Both the position numbers and the translations under genes were made by a program. 64,000 nucleotides of DNA from Paramecium tetraurelia (lineage: Eukaryota), in the NCBI GenBank assembly GCA_000165425.1, contig CT868219.1, positions 376,728 to 440,727 on the forward strand, in the 5' to 3' direction. This document shows positions 1-11,645 of this stretch, in pieces. How positions within the stretch are numbered: position 1 is the first letter of the stretch; each line of letters begins with the position of its first letter. The notes beneath the pieces are model-generated. The model worked only from the letters and a program-made list of their open reading frames with translations. It ran no database searches and was not told where the DNA came from.

Positions 1-541
1 AGCTAATAAATATATATCTTAATAGTTTTCTTAATAAAGATATTATAAAATATTCATTTCTCCCAAAATTGTAGTTTGCTAAGAACAAAATATATTTGAT
101 AAACTTATTTTTCCATGAGGATTCTTCGGATGGAATAATTCAAGTGCTGAACAAATCTAGTAATTTCAATTAAAAATACCTATATTAGAACATTAAGGAT
201 TTCTTATTCTTTTAAAGGACATTAATATTGTGTGTCGTGATAATCACTTATTACTCTTTTAATTATACATCAAAGTACCCTAAATAAGTATTATCTGCAT
301 CATGTGAGGCTTCATAAAATTTAACTAGATGAGGATTGCAAGTTTTGGATAGTTTATCAATAAATTGTAATAGAGAAGTTACTGTGTTCTTATTAATATC
401 CTCTAAACTGTACAATCTCAAGATGTATGGTTTATTGAGTCTTTTAAGGATAATAGTTTTTTTGAATTTATTACATCGAAGCACCTCTACAACATTAAAT
501 TATGGATAAAGTTTTTCGATGTCCTTCTTTAATGATTTCAT
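1..541 (-). CDS. Protein kinase-like N-lobe, probably a pseudokinase; 3' end runs off the window
   Basis: Ciliate-code translation MKSLKKDIEKLYPQFNVVEVLRCNKFKKTIILKRLNKPYILRLYSL...CNPHLVKFYEASHD resembles kinase subdomains I-V (HxxLVKFYE). It lacks GxGxxG and VAIK. Confidence 0.55.
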
Positions 542-867
542 AATGTTCTTGTGATATTAATTTTATTATTTATCATAGTTATAGAATTCGTGTCACTAGT
601 GGATATTTCAAAATTGATTGAGAAATACTATATCAAAAATTAGAGTTAGATTCCAAATAAACAGCCAAGCTTGTAATGATTCAATAGGAAAACCAAAAAA
701 ATAATGAAGGATCTTATATACTTTTTTATTTTGATATTTTAAATTGGTTGATTAAATCTTTATTTGTTGTGTTACAAGATTAAAGCATGTTGAAATTTTC
801 ACGAATTTGTGAAATTATGGTTGCCTAAAAATAATAAATATTTTTATTAATTGTTATATAAAATTTA

Positions 868-2178
868 ATGTAAATAATTACTGGTGATGAAACAGGATTA
901 TTGAAATTGATTGATTTGGAGAAAAAGGAGGTGGTTAGGAAATATGGGGAATAAGGAAAGGAGTTTAAAATAATCTAAATACTCACTCTGAAAATATCTG
1001 ACATTAGCTTTTTTCTGGTTTTGAGGGAGGAAAGCTTGGTATTATTGGATAATGAATTAAATGAAATAACACAAATCAGCATTGATGCATCACCTTTAAA
1101 AGCATTTTGTGATTCAAATCATGATATCTATATAATTTATACCAACAGAAAAATTAATCATGTAAAGTATGACTAAGATCAAAACATATTTCTTTAATAA
1201 GCAAATATTAACTCACAGGATTTTTTGCCATTAACCAATTGTAAAGATAAGTATGTGACTTCTGCTGCTATCTCTAATGATTAAGCATTGTTATTGGTAA
1301 CTTATTTTGGTGCTCCACCATCCATTTTCAATTTAAAATAGAAAAAATTATAATGGCAATCAAGGAATGTAAAAAATGATGAATTAGATCTCTAAGTCAA
1401 AATGCATGATTATGATGGATTGTTCTTAGATGACTATTCCGTCGGTGTTATTACAACCCACTTAACCTTAAGAATATATAGTATTCTAGAACAGAGATCA
1501 TAACCAGTTGCTGAGCATTCCTTAAAGCATTCAAAAACCAAAATCAAAATAATCAGACCTTATAATGAAAAATATTATATGATTAATGAGAGAGGAGAAA
1601 TTTTAATTTACAAGAAAAATTTTACTTTTGAGAGAATGATTAAGGGTACCTTTGGAGCTGTCAGAGATGTGGCTTTTAATAAGGAATACATCTACACAGT
1701 TAGCATTGATCGTTTTTTAAGGTTTATTTTCATGTTTATTTTAGGGTTTATCACAATGAAAATGTAAGAATTCCATTATCAATTAATTTATCACAAAGGT
1801 TGCAAGCCATCAATTTCTATTGTGCTGAATACAAAGATATTGAGATAGAGAAAAAATAAGAAAAGATTTGGACAATATAAAATGTGAAAAGAGGCCAAGG
1901 CTAGATTTGCTGGAATGAGAAGACACACCATTAAATTGCCATATTTGGATAAGATGTTTGAGAATCATAAGCTTAATAAATAAAAAAAAGAATAATAAAA
2001 GCTGAAATAAGAAGAATAAGAAATGGAAATTAAACAAGAATACAATGAAGAAGATTAACAACCTAAATTTAGAAGTATAGAGAATAAGAAAATTTCAAAA
2101 TAACAATAAAAAAAGAAGATTCTAGGATTAAAGAAATAAAAGTTACTTGACAATAGACCAAATAGAAAAATGAAATGA
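868..2178 (+). CDS. NSA1: WD40 ribosome biogenesis factor NSA1/WDR74-like
   Basis: N-terminus MQIITGDETGLLKLID; C-terminal WD motif GTFGAVRDVAF...VSIDRFLR; tiny intron at about 1722-1744; Lys-rich tail; TGA stop. Confidence 0.8.
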
Positions 2179-2445
2179 AATGATTATCTGTTACATAATG
2201 TTTAAATTTTTAATAGCAATTAATTATGATAATACAAAAATCTATAATCTCATTTTTGAATTATGGATAATATTTTATCAAATACTATTAGATATTACTA
2301 TCAATAATTTAAAAGAAATCAGTAGTTATGATGAAAGAGAGAGACTATCGAATTTATGATAAACAGAATGGATTTAGTATTAAACATCAAATTAGGTATG
2401 TTATGTATTATAATAATGAACTAGTGGAAAAATTATTATTTATGT

Positions 2446-3134
2446 TCATTTATTTGTGGAGCTTGAGCTTTGACTAGAGCCTTCTTAGTAGTTTCTAGTT
2501 TTTTGTTTGAGTTACAAATAATCAGATAGTATGGATTTCAACCATTTCCAGGCCTGTTTCAGTGATGGCTACTCTCGAAAAGAATTTTCAGGGTGGCAAC
2601 TAATCACCATATGCAATAATGATTCAACAAATTTGTGTTCATGGGAATATTTAGATCTTCCTTAATATAATAGTACTTTATGATTTGCAATTCTTCTGAA
2701 ATATCTTAATTTTTTTAATTACTTGTAATGAGATCTTGTTCTAGTTTGAGAATCGTCTTTTGTAACTCAATATTAGTTTTTTATTACTAACTATTGTGCA
2801 TAATCTCATGATGTAATTTATTGGATAGTTGATTTAATTCTTTGTTTAATTCATCTATACATTCTTGATCTGTATTGGAGCTTTTGTATTTAATTTCTAA
2901 TTGATTTTTTAGATCTTTGACTTAATTGAGAAGTAACTGTTCTACCTTTCTCAATTGAGTTATAACATTATTCAAATTTTATATTTCTTCATCCAAATCT
3001 TTTTACCTTTTTGGTAATGATTTACTGGAACTCTTTTTTGTAAAAATAGTATCCTGATTAAGAGATTTGTTGGCAGTATATGAATCTGTTGATATATTGC
3101 CTTCAGCTTCGCTTTCACGAATAGAATACAACAT
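2446..3134 (-). CDS. Coiled-coil protein of unknown function
   Basis: MLYSIRESEAEG... heptad-rich middle, C-terminal ...EHKFVESLLHMVISCHPE...KQAWKWLKSILSDYLQLKQK...STNK*. Confidence 0.7.
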
Positions 3135-3196
3135 TGAAATTTTAACGAAATTTATTAATAAATATATGAATATTTTTAGGTGAATAATTTTGTTTA

Positions 3197-4365
3197 TCAT
3201 TATCTAAATATACCTCCTTTTTTTAAGGCATTTTCAGCATCTTTGATGGCTAAGAGTTCATTATCATATTATTGAATTAAGGAGTTATGTGAAGCAGTTC
3301 TAAGTAAACATATTAATTCACTCTATACCTTTCAATCCATCTATTTTAAGTTGCAGTGAGATTGTCTTCAGCTTCACTCAAATTAAGTCTTGCATCATTA
3401 AGAATTGCATTAAGTGCCTTAATTTCACCATCCTTGGTCTCAATTTCAGTTTACAACAAAGGAATCAAGACATCTCTAATTCCAGTTATTTTGGCTTGAA
3501 TTTCTGATAAAATGTCTTATTGTAATTTGGATTAGGCATCAAACTGATTTTATAAAGATGTTTATCCATCGATTAAGGATTGTCTCAATTAATTCATATA
3601 ATTGATAACCTTGTTGAGATTCTCTTAATCAACATAGTTATTTTAGGCAATTTAAGTGAGTGCCTTTACTAATGGCTAATAGAAGACTCTCTTGGAGGAG
3701 AGTTATTTGAGACTATTATTAAATATGAGCAATACTGGGTGTGCATCTTTGATGAGATCTCTTTGATGTTGTCTGATTTTTATAACAAGGATGTCTCATC
3801 TTTTACTTCCTTTAACAATGCAATAGCTTAATCTAATACAGCAATTGTATCTGCATATTCATTGAATTATCTAGTAAATATAGATTTATCTGAGTTGATT
3901 TGAGCTTCCTTTGCATTAAATAATTTTGTAGCATCATAAAGATCTTACTTGGCTTCAGTCAAAAGTTATTACAATCTAGCTCTTTCATCAGTCAAATCCT
4001 TGACATCAACCTCTAATTAGGCAATCTTTCGAATTATAAAACACATAAAACTACCTTGTTCTTAAAGTCTGTAATTTAATTTTAGTAGTATTGTACATCT
4101 GCTTGATATTGTTGATATTCTTGTTCATAGAAAGCATTTTCCTCAACCTTTCTTTCTTTAAAAGATTCAGCCAATTCATCTAGAGCAACAAACAATTCTT
4201 AGAAATTAAAGTCTTTAGATGCTACTTCTGATAATGCTACAATCACTGATTAGAATGGATGTACTTGATCACCAACTGTCGATAATATCCCTTAGCTATT
4301 TATCATGATCATTTATACTTGGCTATTGTCAAATACAAGAGAGTCAATGTGATGAATACTTTCAT
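3197..4365 (-). CDS. Trichocyst matrix protein (TMP/Grl family) precursor
   Basis: Signal peptide MKVFITLTLLYLTIA; two acidic coiled-coil blocks separated by a basic linker (AIALLKEVKDETSLLQK); about 360 aa; several tiny introns. Confidence 0.75.
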
Positions 4366-4428
4366 TTTATTAATATTAATCCGTTTTTATGTGTATATAT
4401 TAAACTTGATAAAACAATCATTCAATTA

Positions 4429-5449
4429 TCATACTGATTTCTCGTTTTTGCCTAATGTGATTTCTTAATCATTGATCATTATCAAATTAACCTAGATTAT
4501 ATTTTAACATAATTTACATTTTTCAGATCAGTATAAAACATTCCAATAAAAAATGAATTCATTAAATATAGACTATAAGACAAGGTCGAATATATTTCAC
4601 TGACCATATTGGCTATAAAGTCTTCTGAAGCACTTAGACCATCATTTATATTTGGTTCTCCTTGAGCCATAGGCATACCCATGAAAAAACTTATGAAATT
4701 TACAGATAAAACTAATCATATAATATCCTAGACTTACAAGCAGCGAATAAAAAGCAAATAACAGTATATAAAGCAGCCTTAATTTACTGACTTAATGAAA
4801 ACTCTTTTGATTAATTAGAAATGATCAAGAATTATGAATTCTACTTATAACACATATAATAACTAGTAAAGAGGAAGTTCATAATAAAGGAGAAGGTTAA
4901 CAAAATCCTATCTTCAGTATCTAAAGTAATAATAAAAATATATTATAAGAATTTAAGATACAGAGGAAATTGATTTGGTTTTTCTATTCAATTGGTAGTA
5001 ATGCAAAAGCTAAAAATGCCAAATGGGCTAAAACTCCACTCAAAAAGATTTAAAAGGAAAAAGGTTTAAGAGAGCCATGTCTTGAACCAAACCTCTTTCT
5101 TTTTGGAATTTTTTAATTTGCTTAGTAAACCAAATAATAAATCAAGATTCCCATCAAAGTAATTAATGCATTTCCGATCTAAAATGAGTAATATTAAAGG
5201 GCATACAGTGAATAATTAATTTTTCTAGAATGGCAATTCTAAGAATAAAGGGAAGGTTTGTGCCCTTGGATATTGGAATTAGCTTAAAATTGCAGCAATG
5301 AGAACAATGAATGATATTGAGGTGTACATTGGTGGCAAATAGGTTATTTGCTATTTTAGATTTGTTTAAGTCCCTGCAATTAAATCTCTGTCATTAAGGC
5401 TGACAAATGATTATTGTTCATCCTCTTTTGAGATTTCATTCAAAATCAT
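4429..5449 (-). CDS. Six-TM membrane protein, possibly Frag1/DRAM/Sfk1 family
   Basis: Spliced translation gives about six hydrophobic segments (YTSISFIVLIAAIL; IFLSGVLAHLAFLAFALLP; ...SYSLYLMNSFFIGMFYTDLK); four introns. Confidence 0.6.
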
Positions 5450-5490
5450 CAACAAAAACAAATAAATTATATAATTATTATATTAAACAA

Positions 5491-6592
5491 TCAAACCTTA
5501 TAACTCTTATTCTAACTCTTAGCATTACGACTGTAGTTTTCTAAATATTGACTATCTAAGGTGAGATTCTTATAACCAATTGAAATATCCAATTTTTTAC
5601 CCTTTAAGGTAGATTCCCTCATTTTAGGTCTACTTTTAAACTCTAAATATTTACCTAGAGTTTGGAACAACTTAATATTGATTCAAATTAGGTTCTGGTT
5701 CATCTTATTCGGTTTTAATGCGAATATCTTAAATGTTTCTTTTGCCTGTAACTACAATACTATTATTAATGTTGGAATTGATGTTGATGTAGTTGTTGTT
5801 CACTTAAGGTGTTTTTTTATAAAATGTTCCACCTATGCTATAAAATCACAATATAATTACTTTTGGCTGTTTGTGTATTTTTGTTAAGTAATTTTTAAGA
5901 TTTATTGAATTTATTTAGATCTATTTTTCTTTTCAGATGAAAGTGTGGGTGTGGCTCTAAATCCAAGATTGGAAGGAGGTTTAGTGATCACACTTTCTCT
6001 TCCTTGGCTTTAACTAGCTGCATTCAAGGAGAGTTCTGTTGGTTTGGTGATGGAAGTGTTAGATATGTTTGTTCCCCTTAATTTCTGCATTCTAAACTAT
6101 TACAATTACTAACCTGGAGGATTTCAAGTTTGGAGCATAGTTGTGTTACTTGGTTTTGATCTATGATTCATCAACAATAAGATCGGTTAATTTCATAAGT
6201 CTCTCATTTAATGCTTTCATAAAATGTGGCTATGTTGCATCAGTCAATCGATCCAAATTATCACAATTTAGATTATAAGTAGTAACATCCTTTAGAGATT
6301 ACAAAGATGTATCGGATGAAGATTCATAGTTTTCTTTGGGAAATTTAAAAGTGTGATTTATTTTACAACTCTTATATCTAAGTTTGAATTAAATTTGAGA
6401 TTACTTCATTTCTATTTCGAGTTTGAAATCTTCAACTTCAGAATCCTCATCAGGCTAAGTTTTAGTAATTAATTCTAATGGGGCTTGTGGCTTAACAATC
6501 TTTTGATATATTAGATATTTCATGAGATCCTTATCAATATTTTTAGGTTGCTGCAATTATGGACTCTTAGATTTTTTATTTCTGTTGGACAT
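5491..6592 (-). CDS. Hypothetical low-complexity Q/S/K-rich protein
   Basis: MSNRNKKSKSPQLQQPKNIDKDLMKYLIYQK...; open in ciliate code with intron(s); ends ...QNKSYKV*. Confidence 0.6.
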
Positions 6593-6788
6593 AATCAAAA
6601 TTAATTATAAAATTATTATACGAAATACTCATTAATTACTAATATGTTATGCATATATCTCTTTCTTTCCTCTCTTCTTTCAAATGCTACTCAATCCTAG
6701 ATCGTGAGACTATGGTAAATGTGTAATTTATATAATTTGTATATTAACAATAATTTATGAATAAATATTATTTATTTTAGATATTGAA

Positions 6789-7893
6789 ATGATTAGTGGT
6801 TTATTATACAGTCCAAATTGGACATTCGTCGACAAAATCTTGAGAGACCCTTAATTGGTAGATCTTGAGTATTTTGTTGGAGGTGGTCCAGGACATGATT
6901 GGCTTGCAAAAGTCGTAAGAGTAGATCAATAAAAGTAATGCATGCCTAAATTTATTTTTATTTAGATTTTTAGGTCCAAGGGCTAAATTTGAGAGATAAT
7001 TTAAGGAAGACCCCAAAACTTGGGAAGTTTTCTCTGACAATTTCTATCGTCTTACAGTCCTTGCTGGAGTTGAAAGATTACTCACTCTTAGATAAGCATA
7101 TGGAGGTTTGAAGACCAGATTTACCTTTGGAGATTCTAACACGTATTCCATAGCTTAATTTATAGAGCTTGTCTTTAATAAATATTCAATCAAGGATTAT
7201 TCAAGGGGTATTTTAGGGGAGCATTATTAAATGCCTTCTAATTTTTAACAGTTTGGGCTCATCCATTGGTATACAGCAGAGGCAATGGATATGCTTCTCA
7301 TTATCTATACTCTTCATTATTTGAATTGATTACTTATCCAATTGATACAATAAAGACTATTATATACTCTGATGTTCAAGGAAGATATAAGGGGGCATTC
7401 GATGTAATTGAATAAGTAATCAATCAAGTAAAGTCTAGGTTTATGCAAGAAATGGATTCAGTCATTTTTACAGAGGAATTGTCTTCAAATTGGCCTTCAA
7501 TGGAACATTAATCTATCATCTCAGAAATGTCTATGAATAAGATTACATTCAATAAGTAATACTGCTTCTTATTACTCTTAGTTGGTATCGACACCTTTAT
7601 TGGCTATTGGTTATGGATTCCTTACTATCAAGACAAGATTGCAATTAGCAAGCACAGATTTGAGTTTCTAATAAACAAATCAAAAGGGAAGAATAGCTGC
7701 AAACCTCTTCGCTTAAAAGACACCCTTCAGCATCTACAGAGGTGTTATTCCATTCCTGTTGTTAACTGACTTCTTCCACTACAAATTATTTGCACTTTAT
7801 TCATCCACTGCTCAATCAAGAACTTTGGATGAATTCCTCAATCAATATAAACATCAAATAGGAAGTCCAAAGGATGAAAATTTATGGCAATGA
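6789..7893 (+). CDS. Divergent mitochondrial carrier (SLC25)-fold protein
   Basis: Three repeats ending in FKGYFRG, FSHFYRG and FSIYRG; repeat 2 has YPIDTIKT; four tiny introns. Confidence 0.75.
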
Positions 7894-8067
7894 TTATGCA
7901 AATAATCAACAAAATGTCAATATAAAATAAAAGTATTTATAACTTGGATATAATTTTATTCTTATTTGCCTATTTCTGAACATTCCTTTATATCCTACTT
8001 CTTTTCTAACACTTTTCTATAACAATATCTAAAAGTGTTCATAATAATTAAATGAAAATAAAATATA

Positions 8068-9614
8068 ATGTAAAATCGTTAAGAATTACAATCAAACCCT
8101 ATTTTCCAATAGGTCTGTCAATAACTCAACTTTTAACCTGATTAATTAGAACCATAAGGATTTGAAGAGTTCTACTAAGCAAATTAAAAGAAATACAATA
8201 TGGATGAAGAAGGTATAATTCAAATTTCATCATAGCTTGGATAGTATTATGGGAAGGACAAGAAGAAAAGAAATAAAATAAGTTACAACAAGTACTAAAA
8301 ATAGTTGAATAAGAAGAAAGAAAAGCAGAAGAGGAAAAAAAAAAATCTTATGCTCATTTATTAAATTAGTTAAGTCAGAGTCAATCTACTAAAGTTTAAC
8401 AAAAATAATTGGAAAAATTAAGAGCAGGTAATCTTAAGGATCTCAGATTTTATGTGGAATAATAAATTTCAGAATTAACAAATAAGAAGAGTTTTATCCC
8501 TAGATATAAAGAAATTGATATTTATCATGAAAGAAGAAAAATTGAGATGGATTAAGAAAGAGACAAAGTCCTTGAAACCAAAATTTTAAAATTCACTCCT
8601 CCTTTGGAGACAAAAAAGAAAATTGATAGTAATTTAGTTTTTGTAGGGTTGGACAAACTTGCTCCAAGATAAATTAAATTAAGTTCATACGAATTTGATG
8701 TTGAGAATTACGATCCTGAAGATGATGTGAATTATGAATTAGAATAACAACTATTAGATCAAATAGAAGAAGAACTTAGGCAAGGAAAAAGAACAGATAA
8801 AAATGTCACAGAAAATGTCAGAAGACCATAAGTAAAGAAGAAAAAAGGAAGTTAAATATAGGAAGTATAAAAAAGAAATTAAGAATAAATGGAAGAAAAA
8901 AGAAATTAATTAATAGAGAAATAGGAGAAGGAGGATGAAAGAGTTAATTAGAGGTAACTCTAAAAATAAAGAGAATTAAAATAGAAGATAATATCTAATT
9001 TTATGAGACAATAAGATAAGAAGGAAAATTAAAATAGAATATAATTAGTTGATGAATTGAACAATGAATTATTACAAAAAAAAATTGCTGAAAAGAAAAA
9101 AAAAGTAGATAAATTCCAAAAGAATAAATCTAACTATCATAAATAAAAATTTTAAATCAATAGATAATTGGATGATTATGATATGAATTTAAATCAACTT
9201 CTTGAGGATTATCAAGATGGAATGATATCAGCAAATGCATTAGAATAAGCCATTTCTGATGTTCCAGTCAAGATATCAGCTTAAAAAGCTTAATCTCAAA
9301 AACCCCAATTATCTCAAAGGAAAAAAGCTCCCAAAGCTTTAAGTTAAAAAAATTAATAAGAATTAGTTGATTTAGAACAAAAACATAACTTGGAATTAAG
9401 AATGGTATTATTTTGATTTATTTCTTAGTTAATCGAAAGAGAAGAACTTGCTGAATTAAATAGATAAAAATCAATTAATAATGGTGTCACATAAGATATA
9501 TTAGAATTGTTTGAAAAATAAAGAGAAGCCTCTAAAAAGAGAATCTAAAACACTTTAACAAAATAAAAAATGGAGATTTAAAATAAATTAAGATTGCATT
9601 CGAAATCTCGCTGA
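8068..9614 (+). CDS. Coiled-coil E/K/Q-rich protein of unknown function
   Basis: Long open frame in ciliate code with two tiny introns; ends ...LHSKSR*. Confidence 0.7.
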
Positions 9615-10095
9615 TATCAAATGATTTTACACTATATATTATTCATTTTTGAAACAAAGAAATAAATACACTGGTCTAAATTCTAATCATGAGCTTTTCC
9701 CTATCAATATTCAAATAAACATATTACCAATTACTTTTAAATATAAATATAAATTTATTAATTAAATTATTAAGAACTTATTTTAAGTTATGTAAATATT
9801 TATAAAAAAATATCAATTGCATAAGTTTGATCAACATTTAAATACAATCTAATAATAAATATAATGCAAAAATTAACTCTATTAAATATGGATTAATAAA
9901 ATTGAATAAATAAAAACCTTTTATAAATTGTTGTTTCGTTTAGTTTTATGTTAATTTGTAATAGATATCAGATTTCTAACTTAATGAGTTTTAAATAGGG
10001 ATAATTTAAAGATTTATTTTTTAGCAAATAAACGATATCTATTTTGATTATCATCTTTCAATATTAAAGATAATTGTATTTTATTTCTACAAAAT

Positions 10096-11323
10096 ATGGA
10101 TAGTCATACTAATTTGAGACCAAAGATATTTATACAAATACAAAATGACTTTAAGAAATAGTTTTATTCTGATGATGACGCTGAAGTAACTCCAAAACGA
10201 CCTCTAATTACAAAACCCTCGAAGTTTTCAAAAGGCGAAGGATAACAATTTTAGACTGACGATTCCGACAATACACCTCAAAAATTAACATCCCCGAGTT
10301 CACCTAAAGGATAAAATAAATTATCAAAATTTAAATAGAAGGAAAGCCACATAGAAAAAGATTCTGATATTTAATTTGACTCCAATGAGGAAGACAAGAA
10401 AGAATAACCTTAAATTATTTAAAACAATCAAAAAACTGAACCTTAATATGATATTTAGTAGATGTCACGTTAAATGGAATAAAAATATCAAAATCCGAAA
10501 TCTGCATTTTAACATCCACCTATTTAGAAGTCCAATTCCTCAAAATAGGTTATGATAAAGCATATTAATATCAAAGAACACCCATTTGGACATTTGGTTT
10601 ATGGCAAAAACATTAACTAAAGTGACTATCTAAGATATTTGTAAATAGTTCAGAGTGGATTATTATATGCACATCATTCTTTAAAAGGGCCATCAGAAAA
10701 ATTTCTGAGAAGTAAGTTTATTCGACTTCGAGAATCGAATCAAAGAAAACCCAAATTTTTGATTCTTGATTTGGATGAAACCTTGATTCACAGTTGCACA
10801 TTCAGAGACTCTCCTTAAGTTACAATTACACTATAAGATGACGAAGATAAAGTCGATGTAAAATCTCTCTTTATTTTAGTTATTTTTCAATGTTAGACCC
10901 TTTTGCAAAGAATTTCTAAGGGAAATGTCGAACTATTATAACATCTACATATTTACTGCTTCATCAGAACTGTATGCTAATGCAATTGTAAATCATTTGG
11001 ATCCAAACAGACAGTATATAAATGATGTTTTGTGCAGAAACAACTGTTTTGAAACTAAAAATGGGTTTTTTATTAAAGATTTGAGAATCATAACAAATAG
11101 ACATTTAAAAGATATTGTAATTGTTGATAACCTGCCACATTCGTTTGGATTATAATTAGAAAACGGAATTCCAATTTTGGAATACTTGTGCAACCCAAAA
11201 GATGAAGAATTAAAGTATTTGTAAAAGTACCTCATCAAATTAAGTAAAGAAGAGGATGTAAGGCTCTTTAATAAATAAAATCTAAAATTACTCAGTTTAA
11301 TTGATTTTAAACTTAATATCTGA
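10096..11323 (+). CDS. SCP/FCP1-like (NIF domain) HAD phosphatase
   Basis: LILDLDETLIHS, VRPFCKEFL, IFTASSELYA, IKDLR, IVIVDNLPHSFGLQLENGIPI; intron at about 10858-10880. Confidence 0.92.
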
Positions 11324-11645
11324 TGTTTATAAAATGTTAACTTGTTCTTCATATCTATATATCTTAATTATTTACTGCTATTTTATGAACAGAATCACAA
11401 GGAACTTAAGAGCATTGTTGATGTTAATGTTTTATCCATCATTTTTCTCATTTATTTTATTCTTAACTATACAAATTGCAAATCATTTAATTATAAGCAT
11501 CTTCTTTATTATAATATGTGTTTACTTTTATATCACTGACAATTGTAAATATTTTGTTAGAATCTGTAGTTTATATGAGAATGGAAATGAAGAAATTCTA
11601 AAGGAAAATCTGAATATGATTTTAAATTGAATTTAATAATAATTT

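Noticed and set aside
797..816. Short inverted repeat tttcac..gtgaaa (and the tgtgatcaca palindrome upstream of Sen1)
   Set aside because: Too short to distinguish from chance in AT-rich DNA
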